Source: Macrostomum lignano (lineage: Eukaryota). From it: a stretch of 64,000 nucleotides of DNA. Of this stretch, positions 54,002-64,000 are shown one piece after another. The position numbers were made by a program, and so were the translations under genes. Location of the stretch: assembly GCA_002269645.1 (NCBI GenBank), contig NIVC01000945.1:310001-374000 (forward strand), read 5' to 3'. The notes beneath the pieces are model-generated. The model searched no databases. It was not told where the DNA came from and worked only from the letters and a program-made list of their open reading frames with translations. Positions within the stretch are counted from its first letter, which is position 1. The number at the start of each line of letters is the position of its first letter.

Positions 54002-57000
54002 CTGTTTTAGATTTGTTTTGGATGTTGCAGTTTAATTGCAGGCATTTGGACACGACCTTGGAGTATGCTTTCTATATTAAAAAGTCACCTGTTTTTATTA
54101 GCATGTAAAGCTTGTAGATAGGTTTTGCCGTGGGCGCAACTACGAATACATTCAATGAAGAGTCTGTAAATACCTTTGTTCAAGGGCCCCGGTGCGTGAG
54201 AAACTACGACATAACACCTTTAAAGGGTACTACAATGGGAGCACTAGTAATGTATATACATTCCTTCCTGCAGGCAGCTGAATACTCTCCCTTGAGGGGA
54301 ACAGCAGTATACAACTGTACGTAAGATGGGAATGGGAGTAAGTATGGGAAACACAGGCTTCAAGTTTACACGAAACTGTTACAGTGTCAGTTTAGAATAA
54401 TCCAATTAGCTTTAAAACTAAATCTAGAGCAGTATAGTTGATCTAAATCCCGTTTTGCTATTCCAAAAATATTGGGACTCTTCCCAAGTGGGTCGCCATC
54501 ATAAGCTCGAAAAATCACATTGTCAAAAAGTTTAGCAACCACCATCACAAACTCGAAAAGTCATATCGTCGAAAACTGATTTAGCATCTCTAGCTCTAAC
54601 CCTAACCCCAAGGCACCAACTCTAACTCTAACCTAACCATGAACCCTAAGGCACTAACTTAGCTTGTGATGGAGGATGCTAAATCAGTTCTCGACGATGT
54701 GAGTTTTCGAGCTTGTGATTTTTTCTAGCTTGTGATGGTGGTTGCTAAACTTTTCGACGATGTGATTTTTTGAGCTTGTGGATGGCCCCCTTCTAAGCCA
54801 TAGCAAATCTATCAAAAACAAAAAGACCCTTTATATAAATACTAAAAGCGTAATGTTTTAAAAAATATGAAAGTAAAAAATTCAGATATAATCGAATCGC
54901 TTACATTGTTTAGCATTCAAGAAGAACCCTTCATGATTACGAATGCACATGGCAAACTGCACGACTGAATACGACTGCAAATTTCTGTATAGCACGCACT
55001 ATGCACTGCATTTTAAACTCTGCATGTCACCTTCGGAAACTGATGAGAAAATTGCTGAACTGTAACCATGAAGTTTCTCATTTTCTGAGTCAAGCATTAT
55101 AAAAATGCACCAGTTCCCTTATCAGAAAGAGAAAGCATGCAGTATCAACTCATAATTCATAAGACAATCCAATGCTTTCTGTGACTGCGAAATCCATGCG
55201 CTTAAGAAGGATGCAATTCATGGAGCTGATTTACCGCTGATCAAACTGACTGCGCTGTAATTTTATTCAGTGATAAAACACTGCGGCACTGAACGACATG
55301 TTTGGATTGCTGGAAAATAAGTTGAAACAGCTTAAACCTTTTTGCTTGTGTGCAGTCAACAGTGATGTTAACAGTAAAATATTACATACAACTTCGCGTG
55401 ATGAATCCAAAATTCAAAAAGACGGAATCAGTAAGTCATAAAACTTGACAGACTCACTTTTTCTGGGTCCTTCGGCGATCTCCACTGTGACATTGTGGCC
55501 TAACAGGATCGATCCGTTGGTGTGATCTCTAGCAGTTGCGGCATCGTCGGGGTGAAGAAATGTGCAGACAGACAGCCAAAAAGCACAAATAAGATGACAG
55601 CAGATTGATTGAGTGGCCATAATTGATGCGTTTTAAGGCTCAATGGTTAAGGAAACTAAATTCAATAGAAAACAAGGCAAGAAAAATTTCAATCATATAG
55701 CAGTCTGGCTATTCCTATAGTGGTCCGATGTGTCAAGAAATTTGAAATGATGACAGACAGATGATTTGAAATTAAAAATGCTTAACCTTGTAATAGGGGA
55801 AATAATGGTTCAAGTCAGGCGCGTCGCCACCGGGGAGGGGACATGTCCACCAGTAAAAGCTATGGGGAGGACATGCCAATGCTTCGTCCCCCCCCCACCC
55901 AACCTTTATGAGTCGTGGTAATCAATAGTTTTTCTTCAGGGCGCCAAAATATAGTGCCTGCGGCGCCAAAATGAGTGCCTGCGGCGCCAAAATGAGTGCC
56001 TGCGGCGCCAAAATGAGTGCCTGCGGCGCCAAAATGAGTGCCTGCGGCTCTAAAATGAGTGCCTGCGGCGTCAAAATGAGTGCCTGCGGCTCTAAAATGA
56101 GTGCCTGCGGCGCCAAAATGAGTGCCTGCGGCTCTAAAATGAGTGCCTGCGGCGCCAAAATGAGTGCCTGTGGCGCCAAAATGAGTGCCTGCGGCTCTAA
56201 AATGAGTGCCTGCGGCGCCAAAATGAGTGCCTGCGGCTCTAAAATGAGTGCCTGCGGCTCTAAAATGAGTGCCTGCGGCGCCAAAATGAGTGGCTGCGGC
56301 GCTAAAAGGAATGGCTGCGGCGCTAAGATGAGTACCCGCGGCGTTAAGATGAATTCTAACAACACGATTCTTAAAATAATGGAAATGTAGGAATTTAGCC
56401 ATGTACATGTACATGTTGAATTCTTGGCTTTGTCCCCCCATAAAATCCATGGCGACGCCCCTGGTTCAAGTTAAATACAAGAACCTGGAAGCATGACTGA
56501 CACTGCCAGACTAAAAGAATCAGGGGGATGAATGCCAACTCATTCAGTAATAAAAATGTGGTTTTGCATTATTTGTAACAATTATCAAATGGTGTATCAA
56601 ATAAAATTTTAACAAAAGGATATTCAATGAATGCATAGCCCTTGAATTGCTGAGTCAGTCGATCTGCTGGTATATTTACTGAAAGAATGTCTCCAAATTG
56701 TTCATAGTAGAGTTGTAGCTCTTCCACACTAAAATGCAAGTAAAGTTGTTATGAGGTAACTTTAGTAAAAAGGTACAAAAAGATTAGATTGAATAGCTTC
56801 TATGTTAAATTTTTTACTTTAGAATAATAAATAAAATTAAATATTCAAGTATTTTAAATATAAAAAAGTTGAGTTATAGCATTTTCAAATAAAAATACAA
56901 GCTTAAATATTTTGGTTTAGAGGTGCAGAATTAACAAATTTTATTTTCATATTCATGGCATAGCAACATATCTTGCATCACACAAATAGAGATATAATTT

Positions 57001-58270
57001 GATTGGCTGTAACTTTTATATACTAGCAGACAATGGGGTGAAACTTTAGATATAGCTAGTGTGAGGTACATATTATGACTAGGCAAGTTTTATCATTGTT
57101 GAATGGAGAACAAGGGCAGATCTAAAGGAGGGGCCAAGGGGGCCATGGCCCCTTTAGCTGTGGCCAAAAAATGGGCTATACTATTTTGGTTTGCGACTAT
57201 GCCAGTCCTATTTTCCAATAGTGCTTAGTAAAGCTTGCTTACTCTCAAAATTTTTTTCAATCCATGCCTAGTGGAAAACTGCTTAAATATACTAGATTTG
57301 ATGCAAATAAAATTTTTATAATAGCAATAGAAAGTATCATTTCATAAAAAAACATTGTATCTAGATATGCTTTCACCTATCAATGATAAAAACTAGCCAA
57401 ATCACAATAGGCAGCTCATATTAGCCATATATTTGAAAGTTTAATAAGTTTAAGCTTTTATTATCTAGAATCTTTGGCTCTTATCCCAAAATATGAGTTA
57501 AAAGAGAATGGTTTTTAGGAACTAAAATATCTTTCTTTAACTGTTAATAAATATAATACTTTGAGTTTAAACATTTTATACATTAATGCAATATCATATT
57601 CTATCAACTTTTACTTAATCAGTGTATATTATTTAATAAAAATATTTTAAAGAAAAAATGGTATGCAATATTAATAGGGGCAAAAATATTATTTCATTAT
57701 TTTATATTAAAAGACAAAGCTTTGATAATTTATAAATAATAGGCCTAGCTTTTATTGAAATAATCAATAATAATATAAGAAATAATAGATTAGCAACCAA
57801 AGCAAAATCAAAAGTAAAAACATACTAGGATTTATATTTTGATAGGCCTAATAATATGGAACACATCAGTGATATAACTAGGATTTTCCATTGTGGGATG
57901 ACACATGTTTAGTCTAGGTCAAGGGCCAATAAAAGATAGAACAAAAGTGGTACTCAGCCTAGTAGCTACTGTATCATAGACCTTTATTATCCTTCTAAGC
58001 AATTAGGAAGAACAACCTCCCTATCCATATCATTGCATAGCCTAATATCTAGGTTTAAACTATAAAATAACCTATATAAATAAGTAACTAAAATTGCATT
58101 AAGAAAAAAAAATATTAAGCTTGCTAAGTGACCAAAAGAATCAATATTTATAAGTTAATTAGGTTAAAAAAGTATAATATATCAGATATGACTTTGAAAA
58201 CTTACGTGGCATCATGAGCAATTGGCTTTATAAAGATAGTAGCTTTGTCATATCCTTGGGGGCAAGACAT
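53583..58270 (-). CDS. SRSF10: SRSF10/SRSF12-like SR splicing factor (one RRM plus RS domain), 230 aa
   Basis: Exons 58206-58270 (65 nt), 56624-56728 (105 nt), 55458-55561 (104 nt), 53583-54001 (419 nt); sum 693 nt, open frame. MSCPQGYDKATIFIKPIAHDAT|VEELQLYYEQFGDILSVNIPADRLTQQFKGYAFIE|FLHPDDAATARDHTNGSILLGHNVTVEIAEGPRK|TPAEM...RSRSRSR. RNP1 KGYAFIEF; GPRKTPAEM parallels GDRKTPxQM of SRSF10/12; intron 2 is AT-AC as in vertebrate SRSF10. Confidence 0.88.
54490..54790. mobile_element. Short palindromic MITE-like element with telomere-like core
   Basis: About 100-bp inverted arms (GCCATCATAAGCTCGAAAAATCAC... / ...GTGATTTTTTGAGCTTGTGGATGGC) around degenerate CCCTAA/CTCTAA repeats 54590-54660. 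Confidence 0.7.
55458..55561 (-). CDS. SRSF10: SRSF10-like coding exon 3 (RRM helix 2 and beta 4)
   Basis: Preceded by AC (55562-55563); A|gtgagt donor. Confidence 0.88.
55562..56623 (-). other. U12-type (minor spliceosome) AT-AC intron, 1062 bp
   Basis: 5' end ATATCCTTTT (56623-56614), 3' end AC (55563-55562), TTCCTTAAC at 55654-55646; removal restores GAA TTT in RNP1. Confidence 0.9.
55816..56463. mobile_element. hAT-type MITE (648 bp) carrying a 21-bp minisatellite
   Basis: TIRs CAGGCGCGTCGCCA (55816-55829) / TGGCGACGCCCCTG (56450-56463), 13/14; perfect 8-bp TSD GTTCAAGT (55808-55815, 56464-56471); internal (GGCGCCAAAATGAGTGCCTGC)n about 55940-56345. Confidence 0.9.
56624..56728 (-). CDS. 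SRSF10: SRSF10-like coding exon 2 (RNP1)
   Basis: cattttag| acceptor; ends GA|ATATCCTTTT (U12 5' splice site). Confidence 0.9.
58206..58270 (-). CDS. SRSF10: SRSF10-like coding exon 1 (RNP2)
   Basis: ATG at 58268-58270; AC|gtaag donor; an AG at 58277-58278 suggests a further upstream UTR exon. Confidence 0.75.
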
Positions 58271-59239
58271 GATAAACTAATTAGGGCAATGTAGGCCTAA
58301 ACCTTCTTGCTATTCTAATCTAAGTATATTCTATCTTAGTGAAAAAGCAAAATATATCAATGTGGTAGACCTATGTAAACAACTCAACTAAGTCACTTAG
58401 TCATAGGCAAAGGCAGGCCTATTTTATTAATTTATAGAATGCTGATAATAAGAAAAAATATTTGATATCTGAGACTTAGAAAATCAGATACTGCGAATAT
58501 TAAAGAAGTATCAAAATTAAAAAGCACAGACGAGAGGGTAAAATTTACGACGGAATCCAACTTGTTTTCTGGAAAGGTTTTCTGCTTTCTGTTTTCTGCT
58601 CTTTGCTCTGCTTGTGTGGTTTGTTTACTGACTACTACGTCTAGTCTAGGACCAGCCGACCAGGTAGCTAAAATTAAATACAACTACAGCCAGTTCATGC
58701 ACGTGCGATTAATACACAAGGATATTGTGCCTGGACTCTGATTGTGCGAAAGTTAATTTATGTTTTTCAAAGTGAAAGTTTACCCTGTACTTGTAATTGT
58801 AAAATGAGCTATCTGCTATCTGGAAATCTGACTTCAAAGATTACTAGAATTCGGTGCAGCGAATTCAAATTTTAATCGGTGCTACGAAATTTAAATCGGT
58901 GCTCCAGACAAAAACAAAGTGTTGACAACTACAAGTTGAATGTAAAAATACTGGCTTGTTTTGTGTATTTATTACTGTAAATAAACACTGAGATATTTTA
59001 TTAATGATTCACTATATCATATCAATATTAATCAATATTAATGATAATGATTAATGGCATCTAATATCTGTTTTTTATTTCTCTGTTTGTTATTTGATAT
59101 TTTCTTTTAATTACTAATAATAACTATGATGTTGCGCTCTGAGTTCCTGTATGAACAAGCTCAGCGCTAGCAGTCAGTGTCTCCACAGTCAGCTGTCGCC
59201 GCAGGCAGTTGTCTCTGCAGGCAGTTGTCGTCTAGCCAG

Positions 59240-61060
59240 CTGCCTCCAACGCTTTTGAGAAGATGGTCGAACTCTAAATCTATAGCAGTGCAAATACGCT
59301 GTTCAGGGGGTCAAATTCTTGGCGAAAGGTTGTCCGCAAAAAGGGATCCAGTCAGTTGAGCCGTTTCTCGGCCTGATCGAATTCTTCAGTCGTTTTATTC
59401 CGGGACTCGTGGAAAGGAGCGAGCAACAAGCCTTTCCAACAGTCCGAGACCGCATTGCATGCATGCAACACTACGCTGATATTCTTTGATTTGCGCTGCC
59501 AAACCGAACTCATCGTTGACGCCAGCCCTACAACGCTACAAGACTCGGTGCCAATTCTCTGCCAGGTGGTCCAACCGACCGCGGAGCGTCCTGGCCGGTT
59601 GCATCGCAAGTAGATCTTTGTCTGCACTCCAGTCTAATACTCGCAGACAGTGAGAGGCTTTTAGCAATCAAGTACGGACGTCAGAAGTTTCGGCACTACC
59701 TCAGCGGTGTAGCAAACTTCACAATCGTGACCGATCAAGCCTCTGACCTTCATGTTTTAGCCCAGCTCGCGCCCATTTCCACGCATCTAACGCATTGCAC
59801 TCAGCACCCAGGACTTGCAGTTCAACGTCGTCGATCGACCAGGCCCATTCAACCTAAGGGCATTCTCAGTCGGCAGCCCGAACCCATTCCAAAAATGGTC
59901 AACCTCGGCTAGATGTAAAACACCAACTACAGCATCGTCCAACGACACTAAGAGGACTGTACAGTATCTGCTGCAAGTAGAAGCAAGCAAGCAAGGAGGC
60001 AACGGCCTCCTTTCATCGGCAATGTCCTCATTGCGTACCGGCAGTTCGGATCTGCGGAACGGAAACATCGGCAAAAGGACGCGGCTCAACAGAAGCTTCA
60101 GGAGTTCTTTTAACAAGACTAGCGACGTGTGATCTCCGAAGCTCCACAGTCGACCGTTCTTTAGTTGCATGTAGCTCACAAGAAGTCATCAAGGCGAGAC
60201 AAAAACTTTTCTGCGACTCAACTTAAACTCTAGTGGCCAGGAATATCAGCTGAGGCTAAACGAATGATGGCGAAGAGTCTATGTAGAGTGCGCCGCCGCG
60301 AATCATCAAGCTGAAGCCCCAGCGGCCTCACTACAACAAACCGAACTGCCGGAGTTATCGTGGTCCATCATAGTAGAATAATTGAATTTCTCGGTCACAT
60401 CAACGGACGACAACTTTTAGTGATTGTGGACCACCATTTGCACTATCCGATCGGAGTCCACCATCGCAGAGTGCATCAATCGGCAATGGAAGCAAATGTT
60501 TGGAATTTCCAAGCAGATCGTGACTAACAACGGCCCACCATTCTCGTCGGAAGCATTCACCGGTTTTATTAAGAGTCTTAATTGTGAGACCAGCCACCGT
60601 CGAATCCCGCCGTACCATTTTGAGGCCAATGGCACCATATGGAGCGCATCAACAGGCCCCTGAATTAACAAGTTTCTACGCATCTCCAGCACCCAAGGCA
60701 CCGACTGGTGGATTTCACTATAGAAAGTGGCTCGCCGCGTATCGCAACGGGAGCCACGGAAGCGTTGCCGGCCGACCTGATGTTTGAGAGGCCAGTTCAG
60801 GACTGCATTCTGAGCACAACCAAGGGGATCCCAGTGTTGGCGGCCAAGAGGCGAGACAACGACTACAAGGCCGCGATGAAAATTCACGGTGCGAAAAAAT
60901 GGTAAGAAAGCATCGCATCCAAACCGGGGACAAGGTTTTGAGGAGGCGAGTCAAGCTCTCTAAGACGGACACCCCCTTCGAAATCGATCCCTGGACGGTC
61001 TACGAGATCAAAGGGGATTCTGTCGTCTAAAAGTTCGATTGGGGGAGGGAAGAAGTTATA
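59240..61060 (+). mobile_element. Decayed Ty3/Gypsy LTR-retrotransposon pol remnant (RT end, RNase H, integrase)
   Basis: With stops and frameshifts: CLQRF*EDGRTLN..CKY...KFL, FLGLIEFFSRFIP, TELIVDAS, KFRHYL...FTIVTD, FLGHINGQLLVIVD, IVTNNGPPFSSEAF, PPYHFEANG, PADLMFER, GDKVL...PWTV; RT-RH-INT order; purine tract 61041-61050. No LTR pair found. Confidence 0.88.
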
Positions 61061-62890
61061 CACGGCCATCCGCATTCTCTGTGCGGCTTTTTTAGTCCAG
61101 TTGCACATTGAGGTGACGTACGTACAATACGTGAAAGGTTGGTTTACGCGCAAATTGATGTAAGTTTCTCTCGTATCGAACGTACCGTTAGGTTGGGTCT
61201 TAAATGTTCAAAACCAAAAATCAATCGCTACATGACATTGACTTAGAAGAGGAATCAGCTTAATTCGTCTAGAAATTTTAAACTGGAGAGGGCCGCAACC
61301 CTTCGGGGCGCCAACATTTGATGTCTTGGTTGGCGCCCCTATCTCCTACGTGAGCGTACCACGATACCACGATACCACGTCCAAGTAGTGATAACAGTCG
61401 AGCTGTCAGCAGTTTCTGGAGGAGACCACCTATTTTTAGGGGGGCAATTTTGTCGACACTGTGCATTGTCTTACGATACTACTTCATTTCTATTTATTGC
61501 ATCGTAATCTTTATAGCGTCAAGCGAAAGCAACTTTTTGCAAGTAAATTTAGGCTGCATAATTTGTACACAACGCACATTGATCTATCATTTTCATTTAT
61601 ATTGGCGTAGACTGCTAAACTTTTCATGGGGGGGGGGGGTAACAGAAACGGCGTGTCTTTGTGGACATTGAGCTGAGCGCCATAATTTCAGCTGCGGGCC
61701 CTGTGGACGGGGTCATGGGAAAGGTTTTTAATCATGAAGGTGCCTTGAGGCCTGAGATCGCTACCTATTGTGGCTATAGCCGCTATATAGTATTTTTCGT
61801 GCTCTATTACCATTATTTACCTGCGCAATATTTCGTTGTTACGTTGTACAAGCCATGTACTTTACAGTACCCGGCCTTATGTCAAACTTATGAAAGTTTA
61901 AATATTAACGAAAATATCCGAGTCCTGCGATTTTTATCTCTACTGGATGGCTCTCCATCTCGGTTAAGTTACATTGATCTCTCGCGAGTCTAAAGGACTC
62001 AAATGGAAAACTGTTAAAATAAAAACGTGCGGATGATGCAGTGGTGCAATATATTCGAATATTGAATACCCGCACATTAATACACAATTAGCTAAGCCTA
62101 GTTTAGACTTATCGAGTACTTCATCGAGCTATCAAATCATATTCGAAAATCGATGCGCATTAAACAATATACGCAATTTGGTATAAGTTTTATTCTTTCT
62201 CAACTGCGCTTGCCTACTGGCTATAGATTCCTATGCAGCAAGGCAAAACGTCGAACTGAACTTTGTGCGTTTTATTTGATAATTTCGATTAATAGCATAC
62301 TTTAACCCGAACATGCACATTGCACACCTACAGAGCTTCAATGCTGGAAGAAAGGCTTTTCGATAAGAAAAACTTCCGAGGCTATATATATTTACATATA
62401 GCTGAAAACTTCAATTGAAAACTGAATTCTCTCTCTGGCCTGCGTCTTGTTGGCTAAAATTAATCAACTGTTGACGCAAACAGTGATATATAAGTTTGAT
62501 GCATTGCATATTTTCTGTCTTTCATCACAATACCGCGCGTTCAGTTCAGGCAATTCAATACAGAGGCCTGTAGTGTATGCATGCATATACAGTATATTCG
62601 ACAAGCAAAATAGAATGCTATCGCGTTCGTTTTATAATTCGAAGACCCATCTATACGCAGTTTATAGCTATTGTACACAAACTAGTGGAGAAAAGCGATT
62701 TTGTTTGAGCAGAATAGAGTTGAGGCAAGAATTCAACAATTCAATAAGGGTAGTGGGGGGCTGAATTGAATCGAATACAAGTGAGTCAGTCCATGCTGAA
62801 GCATGCCTAAAATTATACACTATAAACTCTGTCCCCGCCTCATCTGCTATGCGAACAAAACAAAGCCGAGTTTATAGTTGCCTAGGTGTA

Positions 62891-63465
62891 CGAGCGTATT
62901 ATAGGCAGGCTGGAAGACTGCAAAACCATTTTATCGATTCAATTGAGAGTCACGCTGCGGCAACCCCCTCTCTCTCCTCTCAAACTGGAAAAAACCCTCT
63001 CGAGGTATAAACGGCTGCTTTTCTGTCCGCGTGCTCTGAAATTGGAGGGCGGGTGGGTGACGATCGGAACGGCAAGACAAGGAGACTTTTTAGAACGAAA
63101 ATCTGGAGATTTTCTAGGCACAGCAATCTGTGTATCTGCACTGCACAAGCACAGAACACTTTTTTTGATAAAGCTATGATAAATAATTCTATTTGATTTA
63201 ACCGATATTCCTCATCACCTCGTCATCAAAATTACAAATTTTGATATTCTTAATTATTCCACAATTTTGTAAGTATGATACGATGATTAAGTATGACAGA
63301 AGGGGATTAGCGATAAAGAAACAGTCTGTGAGTGTGTGAGTTGACCTAAGATAAGAAGGCTTCGAAGGAAAACTGTTCATGGGAACAAGTAGAGTCCCTA
63401 GATAGGCTTCATTGCAATTGAGCAGGATTTGAGAGGGAGGCAGTGCCTGCCTATATGTACGCTCG
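62891..63465. mobile_element. Tc1/mariner-type MITE candidate (575 bp)
   Basis: TIR CGAGCGTATTATAGGCAGGC / reverse complement CGAGCGTACATATAGGCAGGC; TA on both sides (62889-62890, 63466-63467). Confidence 0.6.
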
Positions 63466-64000
63466 TACAAGTTGCTTATTCTCAGTACAGAACCATTTTG
63501 AACCAATCAACTTCAAATGTCAAATGTCACTATAATTAAATTTCAAATCGGTCCAGAGAAATTAAAAACTGCAAAAATTCTGCAATCACAACTTTTGAGA
63601 ACGTGTCAAGTTCAAAATGTAGAACTTTTTTGTGCTCAAAACTTCTGCAGAAACCAGTTTACAATATTACTCTGGATAATGCCATGAATTTTAAGTAGGA
63701 TACGGGCTATACGGAGACTTATGATACCCATGTAATGTAAAATGATCGAGGGTTTGGGGAAGAGTTGACACTCTCCAGTTTCTCATCTGAGGTCTCCTTG
63801 GCTGAGAGCAACCCACGTCATTTTCTTTCTCTGTTCGAGCCGAGACTCGGTCGGGCAGGGCGCGCAAATCAAATCCAATATTAGTTTGCTTCGGTTCGGT
63901 TCGACGTCCTGCCTAACAACTAACCCATCCCTTCCTCCCCTTATTCTGAATTGTGCAGAGGCGGCTGCCTCAGGAAAAGGCAGGAAAAGAATTGAATAAG

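Noticed and set aside
54590-54660. Interstitial telomere
   Set aside because: Short, degenerate and centred in a palindromic element.
55564-55620. ORF-track start MATQSICCHL... as real N-terminus, or in-frame AC at 55614-55613
   Set aside because: Would lack or disrupt RNP1; the AT-AC join to 55561 gives a clean RRM.
57111-57375. hAT-like start CAAGGGCAGATCTA in SR gene intron 1
   Set aside because: Only a 9/12 partner end and no TSD.
63198-63506. 102-aa minus-strand ORF
   Set aside because: No motif; overlaps the TA-flanked MITE end.

Overview
Eukaryotic (animal, invertebrate) genomic DNA, intron-rich and packed with minisatellites. The single-H2 COE helix-loop-helix indicates a non-vertebrate; the intronic tandem-repeat landscape is reminiscent of a free-living flatworm such as Macrostomum (inference only). 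Three spliced genes can be assembled by hand with consistent exon phases: (1) the 3' six exons of a GAF-domain PDE5/6/11-type phosphodiesterase (+, 488-3935); (2) a complete Collier/Olf/EBF (COE) transcription factor (-, 12 coding exons, 5448-35307, 570 aa); (3) an SRSF10/SRSF12-like SR protein (-, 4 coding exons, 53583-58270, 230 aa) that the ORF track shows only in fragments. The SR gene's second intron is a U12-type AT-AC minor intron with an oddly placed branch-point motif and a hAT-type MITE inside it; this is the most interesting signal in the window. Also present: an internally deleted P/THAP transposon, a decayed Ty3/Gypsy pol, several MITE and palindromic elements (two with clean 8-bp TSDs), a foldback-like inverted satellite, and about 30 distinct tandem arrays. 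Most long ORFs in the track are artefacts of tandem repeats.
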